From Nitrosopumilus maritimus SCM1 (GTDB lineage Archaea > Thermoproteota > Nitrososphaeria > Nitrososphaerales > Nitrosopumilaceae), in contig NC_010085.1 in assembly GCF_000018465.1 (NCBI RefSeq), positions 1,050,001-1,082,000 on the forward strand: a DNA stretch of 32,000 bases, written 5' to 3'. The translations under genes were made by a program, and so were the position numbers. The stretch's first letter is position 1. Each line of letters starts with the position of its first letter. Below, piece by piece: positions 7,094-14,778 of this stretch. Under the pieces are notes generated by a model. The model was not told the DNA's origin. It worked only from the letters and a program-made list of their open reading frames with translations, and searched no databases.

Positions 7094-7711
7094 ATGTCTG
7101 ACGATGACGATTTACCAAAAGATCTAGCACACATCACTCCTGCTTATCGTAGAGCATTATGGATAGTTGTTTTGCTTAATGTGGGTTATGGATTAGTCGA
7201 AATGATTGGAGGATTCTTTGCAGATTCCCAAGCACTCAAAGCAGACGCACTAGATTTTCTAGGAGATGGTTCTATTACATTCTTAGGACTGCTTGCTATA
7301 GGATGGGGGCTTAAACTTCGAGCTCGTTCAGCACTCATTCAAGGAATATTTCTAGGAGTTATGGGAATTGGTGTTCTAGCGTACACAATTTACCGAACGC
7401 AAGTTCTACAAACCCCTGAAGCTGGACTAATGGGAATACTTGGTTTTGGTGCATTATTGATCAATGTTATTGCAGTTATCATATTGCTTCCACATCGAAA
7501 AGGTGATGCTAATGTTCGTGCAGTATGGCTCTTTAGTAGAAACGATGCACTTGGAAATATTTTGGTCATAGTCGGTGCAGGTTTTGTCTTTTTGACAGAC
7601 ACGTCATTTCCTGATCTTATTGTAGCAGGCATTATTGCAAGTCTCTTTTTGCAATCCTCATGGTCAATAATAAAAGATGCACGAAGTGATCTAAAAAAAT
7701 CTGAAGTGTGA
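7094..7711 (+). CDS. Cation diffusion facilitator (CDF) family transporter, short form lacking the usual cytoplasmic C-terminal domain
   Basis: LWIVVLLNVGYGLVEMIGGFFADSQALKADALDFLGDG is the typical CDF TM1-TM2 motif. The 205 aa comprise about 5-6 TM segments only. Confidence 0.7.
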   Translation: MSDDDDLPKDLAHITPAYRRALWIVVLLNVGYGLVEMIGGFFADSQALKADALDFLGDGSITFLGLLAIGWGLKLRARSALIQGIFLGVMGIGVLAYTIYRTQVLQTPEAGLMGILGFGALLINVIAVIILLPHRKGDANVRAVWLFSRNDALGNILVIVGAGFVFLTDTSFPDLIVAGIIASLFLQSSWSIIKDARSDLKKSEV

Positions 7712-7724
7712 GACTAATGGATAG

Positions 7725-7769
7725 TGTTTGGTTCACAGACCAATAGTTGTTTTACGAGTGTTGGTTCCA
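7725..7769 (+). repeat. 45-nt direct repeat, copy B
   Basis: 37 of 45 positions identical to 5121..5165. It starts 14 nt after the CDF stop codon. Confidence 0.6.
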
Positions 7770-7912
7770 ATCTCTACAGACTATGCCACCAAAGTGTCTT
7801 GAAAAAAGTTCCTAAAAACAACATATTTCAAACAAAATTTGTGTTGAGTGATGATTGTTAATCAAAGTTCAGTTTTGTAGCGGATTAAATATCATGAAAG
7901 GTAACAAATTGT

Positions 7913-9058
7913 GTGAAAAATTCAGTCTGTCTTGCACTGATCGCATCACTGATTTTAATTCTACCAGCACAATATGTTTATGCAGATAATTGGGGTTTAC
8001 CAACATTTGATCTAACCAATACTTTTGAATCAATAGTTGAGCCAATTTCAAAACCTGCTGAAATCAATGAGCTTATGTGGGAATTACCTTTCGTAATTCA
8101 AAAATTACATGATGGTATGATAGATTATGAAATTTTAGCCAAGATTGGAGACAAATTGCACTATGTCAAAAATACATATCCAGATGAATTTGATCTTTTA
8201 GTAACAATATTTCCAGATGTGCCAGAATTTCTAGATCATTTCTATACATATGAAAAATATGTTTTAATCAGTTCTATTTCACATTCAATGAATTCGGATG
8301 ATATTTTAGATATTCCTGAAATCACTATTCCATTACAACAGATTGCAATTGATGATATGATGATGCAAATGGCATATGCTGAAAATCTTGAAGGTGTGGA
8401 TTCTAAACAAGAGATTACAACAAAAATTGCATTTGAGGTTATGGAAAAAGTACACACAATTGATCCTAAATCAGGAAAAGAAGTATCTCTTGGAGAGCAT
8501 TTGAATACATTATTCCCAGAACGGACATATGAAGAGATGTTATTCTTAGTTACAGGTACAGAATACATTTTTTCAATACCTCTTGTACCTCATGAGGATC
8601 AACTCATATCTATAGATGAATTGTGTCAACGGGAGATAGACGCACAAAAATGTGAATTATTAAAAAAATATGCAATATTGGGTCACAAAGCTGCAAAAAA
8701 AGACCCTGATGCAGCATTAGAAATAACAAAAATAATTTTGGAAATTGCTCTTGATGTAAACTATAAGACAAATGCTGGACACGATGACAAGATACTATTT
8801 GCATTGTATTATGCCGATAAAAGTTCAGAAGAACTCTTAGATGAAAAAATGTTTAGGATTGACGGTAATATGATGTCATTGAATGACATGACTAATTTAC
8901 AATGTGGGGATGCAAACATCAGTCTTGCAGAAAAAATGATTGTAAGCTACAACTTCAAAAAACAAAATGTTGTGGAGATGCAATCCGAATATAATGATGT
9001 GATTAATCTTTTGCAAAACATCGATGAAGATAGTTGCAGTTTGTCATTAGTAAAGTAA
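7913..9058 (+). CDS. Secreted hypothetical protein
   Basis: 381-aa ORF with a signal peptide (MKNSVCLALIASLILILPAQYVYA) and a GTG start in the track. No family recognised. Confidence 0.6.
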   Translation: MKNSVCLALIASLILILPAQYVYADNWGLPTFDLTNTFESIVEPISKPAEINELMWELPFVIQKLHDGMIDYEILAKIGDKLHYVKNTYPDEFDLLVTIFPDVPEFLDHFYTYEKYVLISSISHSMNSDDILDIPEITIPLQQIAIDDMMMQMAYAENLEGVDSKQEITTKIAFEVMEKVHTIDPKSGKEVSLGEHLNTLFPERTYEEMLFLVTGTEYIFSIPLVPHEDQLISIDELCQREIDAQKCELLKKYAILGHKAAKKDPDAALEITKIILEIALDVNYKTNAGHDDKILFALYYADKSSEELLDEKMFRIDGNMMSLNDMTNLQCGDANISLAEKMIVSYNFKKQNVVEMQSEYNDVINLLQNIDEDSCSLSLVK

Positions 9059-9088
9059 TTTCATAAATAAAAATTTCAAATATGGAAG

Positions 9089-10267
9089 TTAACTATCCAA
9101 TAGAAACTCCTTTGTAAGTAAATTATTAGAAAGTTGTTTTTCTGCAGGCAAATATATCCACACGGGTATGTTCATTTGAGATAGATACTTGCAAAGTATG
9201 GGTCCAACATCTTCCCAACTTAGACGTCCTAAACCACAACCTAGTGCAGGAATTGCAAGTGATTCTATTCCTTTTTGTTCATAGTTATCTAAAAGCCATT
9301 TTAATCCCTGCTCTATACCCTCAATATCGCTATTATCTCGCCAGTGTTGTTTTGTAGCAAAAAGCAAAAACCATGTGTCTTTTTTATTTCCTAAAGAGCT
9401 AGGATCATCTGCAATTTGTTCATGATATGGGGCTTCACGTTGATACAATACAGGCTTGCCCATTCGAAGTGTTTTTCTTTTACACTGATCTTGATAGTGT
9501 ACATAAACATCTGGGAATTGATATTTTGCTCTAGAGGCCAACCCTTTTCCCATTACTCCAATACAATTTACACTTACAGTAAGGGTTTGCATTTTTGAGA
9601 AAAACAAATCTCCTTCTACCAATGAAAGATTTGAAGTGAGTGGAATTTGTCTTACAGGTTGGAAGAACATAGAAGGTTCAGGAATTATTGAAATGCTAGA
9701 AGACATAGAATTTCGTATTTCGTCTGCAAGAGTATGATTACTAACATAAATTGCACGAATGAATTCAGGTGGAATTCGTTCTGGAACTAGACATTCAGCC
9801 ATAATTTGTCTTTTAGTAGCATTACTATCTGTCCACCACTGTAAACTAGTAATTCTGTTAATTTGTCGTTCAATAGTTTTGAATTCAGTATTAGGATAGA
9901 AATGTGTAGGACCATTTGCAGCATTTCCGTCAGTGATAATTGTGTTAGGAGTAGTAAGGATTTTTTTATCAACAGCGACAACAGCTATGCAATCAGGAGA
10001 TTTTTCCATAGTTACACGGTACAGCATAGGATTTCGAGGTTGGAAATACAGATTAGCAAAATACCAAAGACTTTTCCCATTAGCGGTTTTTTCTCTTCTA
10101 CTGGAAACAATATCGCTGTCATAAATTGAAGTGTATTCGAGTTTTTGTTTTACAATTTGATCATGAGAGAGAATTCCATTTTGCAGCATGGACGGAATAT
10201 TGTCAATATGTGTAATGTAGAAAAGGTATTGGCTCAAGTCAGGAGTATAAATTTTGAATTCATCCAT
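9089..10267 (-). CDS. DarT-like (DUF4433) DNA ADP-ribosyltransferase fused to a C-terminal macrodomain
   Basis: N-terminal half: LFYITHIDNIPSMLQNGILSH, ANLYFQPRNPMLY and QIMAECLVPERIP, which are DarT hallmarks including the catalytic-Glu context. C-terminal half: VNCIGVMGKGLASRAKYQFP ... LAIPALGCGLGRLSWEDV, which is macrodomain-like. It is one uninterrupted 392-aa ORF. Confidence 0.75.
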   Translation of the reverse strand: MDEFKIYTPDLSQYLFYITHIDNIPSMLQNGILSHDQIVKQKLEYTSIYDSDIVSSRREKTANGKSLWYFANLYFQPRNPMLYRVTMEKSPDCIAVVAVDKKILTTPNTIITDGNAANGPTHFYPNTEFKTIERQINRITSLQWWTDSNATKRQIMAECLVPERIPPEFIRAIYVSNHTLADEIRNSMSSSISIIPEPSMFFQPVRQIPLTSNLSLVEGDLFFSKMQTLTVSVNCIGVMGKGLASRAKYQFPDVYVHYQDQCKRKTLRMGKPVLYQREAPYHEQIADDPSSLGNKKDTWFLLFATKQHWRDNSDIEGIEQGLKWLLDNYEQKGIESLAIPALGCGLGRLSWEDVGPILCKYLSQMNIPVWIYLPAEKQLSNNLLTKEFLLDS

Positions 10268-10285
10268 AATTCTCCATTTCTTATT

Positions 10286-10302
10286 ATGTATTTTAAATAC
10301 AT
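10286..10302. promoter_or_regulatory. 8+1+8 palindrome ATGTATTT-T-AAATACAT overlapping the TATA-like region of the DarT-macro gene
   Basis: Perfect inverted repeat 19-35 nt upstream of the ATG at 10267. It contains a TTTAAA core. Confidence 0.35.
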
Positions 10303-10418
10303 GATTGAGAGGATGGTATGGAATAGGTTAATTTGCCTAAAAATGGGATCTTTTCAGTGAATAATACTACCCACTAGGAACACAGATACATAGATAGAGT
10401 TGAAATTTCTAAAATTTT

Positions 10419-11375
10419 CTAGAATAATGTTTGGTTTCTTCCTGAAAGAACATCCATCATTCTTTTTACAGATTTTTTATCTTCTTTTTCAATTCTAGAT
10501 TTCAATGTGGTTAATGAACCAACATATTTTGAATCGCCCTTAGTTTTTCTAGAGTATGCCAAAATATAGTATTCAATATTTCCAGGAATTCCACGTATAG
10601 GAATAGTTTCTCCTAATTTTTTTCCTAAAATTTCTGAAAGTTTTTCTTGATACTTATCCTCAATTGTTTGTCCTTGTGATATCTCATACAATAAAGCCTC
10701 AGCATTTTCTTCACCCCAATATTCATTCCAAGTAGATTCTGTAGATGTATCGCCCTTATCCAATTTGCCTTTAACTCGTAAAAGACCCTGAGAACCCACA
10801 TTGATCATAAAATCTTGAGCAGGAAATGAGTCGCTAAGAAATTTTAGGGTCTTCATTTTTATTTCCATACCCTCAGGATCAACAAAAGTAAAAACAATAG
10901 GATTACTAAATTTAGATTTTATATTATTAACAACATTTGAAATAACAGCATTACAATCACCTTGAATCACATTAAATTTTTCTTTAGGAAGAATTTTGTC
11001 TAAACGTTGTTCTAAAACTTGGGATTTCTTCTTATCTTTTTCAACACATACAGCATAGTCAAAATTCATGTCCGGATGCGATAACGCACAAAGAGGAGAA
11101 CCTGCTATAATATCACCAGTTTCTCTTAATTTAACTAAACCTGAACCGGAAAAAAGATCAATGTAAACAGCACCATCATAATATTTTTTTGCTTTATCAT
11201 TTCGTCTTACAACATTCAGAAAAGTAGTTTTGTAATAATTTACAGAAATTAATTTTAATGCGGTATATTCTGCATATTCATTTTTAATTTCAGAATCAGG
11301 CACTTTCTGCGCAATTTTAGTTAGAATTTCTAATTTATTTCGAATCCAATCTTCTTGTTTCATTTTAGGAGGCAA
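10419..11375 (-). CDS. Three-Cys-motif partner protein TcmP-like (methyltransferase-fold)
   Basis: AVYIDLFSGSGLV (Gly-rich, SAM motif I-like), GSPLCAL, YAVCVEKD and its position next to a Gp37/Gp68 gene fit my recollection of the TcmP family. The track start is TTG 11375 and an ATG at 11363 is an alternative. Confidence 0.6.
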   Translation of the reverse strand: MPPKMKQEDWIRNKLEILTKIAQKVPDSEIKNEYAEYTALKLISVNYYKTTFLNVVRRNDKAKKYYDGAVYIDLFSGSGLVKLRETGDIIAGSPLCALSHPDMNFDYAVCVEKDKKKSQVLEQRLDKILPKEKFNVIQGDCNAVISNVVNNIKSKFSNPIVFTFVDPEGMEIKMKTLKFLSDSFPAQDFMINVGSQGLLRVKGKLDKGDTSTESTWNEYWGEENAEALLYEISQGQTIEDKYQEKLSEILGKKLGETIPIRGIPGNIEYYILAYSRKTKGDSKYVGSLTTLKSRIEKEDKKSVKRMMDVLSGRNQTLF

Positions 11376-11436
11376 AGTTACAGTGTTACGTTATGAAATT
11401 CGCCTTAAAACATTTAAAATTAATGATTTTTAGCTT

Positions 11437-12276
11437 ATGTCATTGGCAATTGGGTCGGGGATTGAGTGGACAGAGGCAACGTGGAACCCCACAAGTGGCT
11501 GTTCAAAAATTTCTCCAGGTTGTAAAAATTGCTATGCAGAGACACTTACTAAAAGATTGAAAGCTATGGGGCAACAAAAATATAAAAAAGGATTTCAATA
11601 TGTGGAACACCCTTCAGATGTCAATCTACCACTAACATGGAAAAAGCCCAAAAAGATTTTTGTTAATAGCATGTCAGATCTTTTCCACGAAAACTCAACA
11701 TTTGAGTTTACAGGCAAATGTTTTGCAACAATGATTCAGGCTGATCGTCATGATTATCAAATTTTAACAAAACGTCCAAAAAGAATGGCAGAATTCTCAA
11801 AAATATTTTTTGAATATTTTGGTCATAAAATTCCTAATTTCATGTGGATGGGAACAAGTATTGAAAATAAACAATATGTTTCAAGAATCAAAGATCTTCG
11901 AAAAGTCAAATGCCATACAAGATTCATTAGTTTTGAACCTCTTATTGGTTCAGTTGGAAAAGTGAACCTAAAAGGTATTGATTGGGCAATAATTGGAGGA
12001 GAAAGTGGTCATCATTTTAGAAAAGTAAAGAAAGAATGGATTGAAGAGATAATTGATCAATGTAAAGAACAAGAAGTTCCAGTATTTTTCAAACAATGGG
12101 GAGGATTCAGACCAAAATCTGGAGGAAGAACAATTAACAGAAGAAAGTATAGTGAATATCCAGAAATTGAGAAAAGAAATTCTTTGAAAAATGTTAATTT
12201 TGATGAAATTGCCTTTGCAGAAATGTGTATGAAACACGAAGCAATGAAAAGGGAACAAATGCTTGTAAAAAATTAA
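11437..12276 (+). CDS. Phage Gp37/Gp68 (DUF5131) family protein with an N-terminal three-Cys motif
   Basis: The opening IEWTEATWNPTSGCSKISPGCKNCYAE is the family signature. The later WAIIGGESG segment is also typical. ATG start. Confidence 0.8.
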   Translation: MSLAIGSGIEWTEATWNPTSGCSKISPGCKNCYAETLTKRLKAMGQQKYKKGFQYVEHPSDVNLPLTWKKPKKIFVNSMSDLFHENSTFEFTGKCFATMIQADRHDYQILTKRPKRMAEFSKIFFEYFGHKIPNFMWMGTSIENKQYVSRIKDLRKVKCHTRFISFEPLIGSVGKVNLKGIDWAIIGGESGHHFRKVKKEWIEEIIDQCKEQEVPVFFKQWGGFRPKSGGRTINRRKYSEYPEIEKRNSLKNVNFDEIAFAEMCMKHEAMKREQMLVKN

Positions 12277-12347
12277 TTTAGAAAAATTTTCAACACAGTG
12301 GGACTGTTAAGTTCCAGACATTGTTTTAGGCCCAATTTGGACACAGT

Positions 12348-13691
12348 TTAGAACAAAGATTTGATTCCATATAACAAGGACGTAATAAAATCAGAAATTG
12401 TTGCAATTATTCTGCCAATATGGTCATTTTCTGACAAATTTGATTCAAGGATCTTACCTTTAGAAGAGTCAGAATGTTCAGATTTTGTAATTTTTTCCTC
12501 AAGTGGCTGAATCATGGTTAGGCCGGAGGACTCTAACATGTCATCAAATGTCTGCTTAGCCTTGTTTATTTCTGCAACATAGTATTCTTTTTTGGAATCC
12601 TCCAAATCCAAAGACTGCATTTCCTCCAAAGAACGAACATGTTGTTGATCAAGGTTCTCAGATTTTACCTTGAAAATTTCACCCCATATTGAAATCTGCC
12701 CAGAATAAAATTCCCGAGACAGTCCTGCATCAGCCAAAGCCAAATCAAGATATTTTTCAGGATCGTTTTCCATTAATTTTATGTTCTCTACAATTTGAGG
12801 ATTGAATTGATCTATGTGTCTGGTGAAAAATTCCTCCATGTATTCCAAGTGTAATTGCCCGTCAGAGTTGGAAACAGATACAATGTTCAATGACGTGCTG
12901 CCAAAATTTGCAAGAATTTTCTTTGCTTGTTTTTCTTGCAGCGTTTTGTGTTCTTCTTGTTTTTGTTCTAAAGTTGTTTCTTCTGTTTTGGAATCAGGAA
13001 AATCAGATTCTGCCGTTTGATAATTCTCCAATGCAACAGGTACAGTAAGAGTTTCTGTTTCCCAGGGATGTATCATGCAGAAAAAAGAATAGACACCATT
13101 CTCAAGAACATAGGATACGGATTCTCCCTTGTGAATAATTCCAGAAGAAAACAACGGTGTGTGTTTTGCAGGAGTACCGCTTGTTATTGTATGGGACAAA
13201 CTATCCTTTGATGTCCATGTAACTTTCTCACCGTTTTCTAATTTCTCAACATCAATTGTAAAATTATCAAACAGAGAATCAGATTGGTACGATGTTTTTT
13301 TAATTACATTTGTATCAACCAAAAATTCCAAGCTTGAAAGAAACTCGGAATCAGACACAATGCCGTCTGTCCACCAGTCTGCAGTATTTTTTATCCAATC
13401 AGGAATTCCGGCGGACGGACTTGTAGGATCAAACAATGGCACTGAAATCAAATTTTGGTTTGCTAGATATTCTGTTGACAAGATAAATTCATCATCTGCA
13501 ATTTGTCTTTCCGTCCACATGATTACAAATTCTGTATACCAGTTTGGAAAATCACCAGATTCTTGGGCATATGCAAAAGACGGGATTATCAGAGCAAATG
13601 CCAATACAAGATACGTCAGATGCAAGCATGGTGTGGAGCGTGTACTAGTATATGAATATTCATGGAATTCATGGTAATCATGGCTATACAT
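12348..13691 (-). CDS. Secreted protein with a thaumarchaeal WW..G.I.D.EF repeat pair and a cupredoxin-like domain
   Basis: Signal-like LHLTYLVLAFALIIPSFAYA. Two repeats (FPNWYTEFVIMWTERQIADDEF..., IPDWIKNTADWWTDGIVSDSEF...). Cupredoxin pattern TWTSKDSLSHTITSG...YSFFCMIHPWETETLTV. The track start 13745 (TTG) would overlap the AbrB-like ORF, so ATG 13691 or a later start is more plausible. Confidence 0.65.
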   Translation of the reverse strand: MYSHDYHEFHEYSYTSTRSTPCLHLTYLVLAFALIIPSFAYAQESGDFPNWYTEFVIMWTERQIADDEFILSTEYLANQNLISVPLFDPTSPSAGIPDWIKNTADWWTDGIVSDSEFLSSLEFLVDTNVIKKTSYQSDSLFDNFTIDVEKLENGEKVTWTSKDSLSHTITSGTPAKHTPLFSSGIIHKGESVSYVLENGVYSFFCMIHPWETETLTVPVALENYQTAESDFPDSKTEETTLEQKQEEHKTLQEKQAKKILANFGSTSLNIVSVSNSDGQLHLEYMEEFFTRHIDQFNPQIVENIKLMENDPEKYLDLALADAGLSREFYSGQISIWGEIFKVKSENLDQQHVRSLEEMQSLDLEDSKKEYYVAEINKAKQTFDDMLESSGLTMIQPLEEKITKSEHSDSSKGKILESNLSENDHIGRIIATISDFITSLLYGIKSLF

Positions 13692-13723
13692 AATTTTCTT
13701 GATATCTTTGATTTTCATGAGAT

Positions 13724-13873
13724 ATGGCAAAAATTCTAGGCTCAAGTAAAGTTACTGTTAGATATCAGATTACAGTACCCGAGGATGTCAGGAAGGTTAT
13801 GAAAATTGAGTCCGGTCAGACTCTAGCATTTGTTGAGGAAGACGGCAAAATTGTCCTAAAGACAGATGTATAG
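13724..13873 (+). CDS. AbrB/SpoVT (MazE-like) domain DNA-binding micro-protein, 49 aa
   Basis: Hand translation gives MAKILGSSKVTVRYQITVPEDVRKVMKIESGQTLAFVEEDGKIVLKTDV, which fits the swapped-hairpin AbrB pattern (QITVP..VRK...I..G..L.F.E.DGKIVLK). Missing from the ORF track. Confidence 0.6.
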   Translation: MAKILGSSKVTVRYQITVPEDVRKVMKIESGQTLAFVEEDGKIVLKTDV

Positions 13874-13933
13874 AAATTTCAAAAAAAATCCATCATTTTA
13901 TAACGAACCTCAAAATGGATGTCATGAAAGGTA

Positions 13934-14167
13934 TTGAGTGAGAAAAATTTTACTTCTTGTCTTATGATCTATTTTAAAAATACAGTACACATGCTAAGAG
14001 AGTTACACATTCGTCTTTTTGTGCACTGCAAAAAATGCGGGCAGAAAATTAATCCTGACAAAGGATATTGGACGTGGGAAAACAAGTCTCCGATTATTGG
14101 AGGATATTATCATGTTGAGTGCGGAATGATAAACAATCCTCCGCCAAAAGAAAGCATTCCGTTTTAG
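13934..14167 (+). CDS. Small CxxC...HxxC zinc-binding hypothetical protein
   Basis: HCKKCGQKINPDKGYWTWENKSPIIGGYYHVECG. The start is uncertain (non-ATG in the track, and MLRELH is an internal ATG option). Confidence 0.35.
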   Translation: MSEKNFTSCLMIYFKNTVHMLRELHIRLFVHCKKCGQKINPDKGYWTWENKSPIIGGYYHVECGMINNPPPKESIPF

Positions 14168-14547
14168 GGCTCTATCTCTTGTAAGAACGGACCGCTAATG
14201 TCGTAATCATATTCTCCAAATGGCGTATTTTCATTGCATAATTTGTCCGAGCCACCATAGAAATTGTAAAGTGTAAATTCTGCATTGTCTCTGTCCGTTT
14301 CGTTTTTAATCTCAGTGTAGTAGACTTTGATGTCATCACGGTTACTCATTACTTTTTTTACACAAGAGTTTGACTCGTCATTGCTTTCATGGACTTTCAT
14401 TCTTTCGTAAATATTTACCTGGCCTACGTATTTTGCCTTTTTGATGCCATCAATTGTTTTTGCAATAATGTACACTCCGGAATATTTTGGATATGTAAAT
14501 TTTCCTCCGACAGAATATGTTATGGGACCGTTCCATGTTAACTTCAT
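14164..14547 (-). CDS. Degenerate GIY-YIG-like domain protein
   Basis: SGVYIIAK...KYVGQVNIYERMKVHE...DNAEFTLYNFY follows GIY-YIG spacing (GxY..., YxG, R, H/E, later E/N). Its start overlaps the upstream stop (ATGA). Confidence 0.5.
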   Translation of the reverse strand: MKLTWNGPITYSVGGKFTYPKYSGVYIIAKTIDGIKKAKYVGQVNIYERMKVHESNDESNSCVKKVMSNRDDIKVYYTEIKNETDRDNAEFTLYNFYGGSDKLCNENTPFGEYDYDISGPFLQEIEP

Positions 14548-14774
14548 GTATTGATCACTCCCATCTGATTTAGAAAATATGCAACTCCCAAAAGTGTGGC
14601 AGCAGATGTTGCAATTTTAAATTGTATTCCGCCGTACTGAATCATCATTGTAAAAAAGAATAATCCAAATCCTGCAAACAAGAACATGCTTGTGTGTCCA
14701 CCTGCAACTGCAATCAGTGCGCCAAGAGCCCCTACAATCCCTGAGATTTTTGCCTTGTCCATGATTGCAGTCAT
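14544..14774 (-). CDS. 76-aa two-TM membrane protein
   Basis: Two Gly/Ala-rich hydrophobic helices (ISGIVGALGALIAVAGG..., MFLFAGFGLFFFTMMI...). It starts 4 nt after the upstream stop and overlaps the next gene by ATGA. Confidence 0.55.
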   Translation of the reverse strand: MTAIMDKAKISGIVGALGALIAVAGGHTSMFLFAGFGLFFFTMMIQYGGIQFKIATSAATLLGVAYFLNQMGVINT

Positions 14775-14778
14775 TTTA

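Noticed and set aside
13159-13677. 172-aa plus-strand ORF (also 12814..13020 and 13017..13211)
   Set aside because: It lies entirely antisense to the 465-aa secreted cupredoxin-like gene, which has recognisable motifs. No motifs or sensible start context on this strand.
13809-13826. Partial match (TCCGGTC) to the 14-bp att-like core near the presumed left end of the element
   Set aside because: Only 7 nt match, and they lie inside the conserved ESGQTL motif of the AbrB-like ORF. This is consistent with chance.
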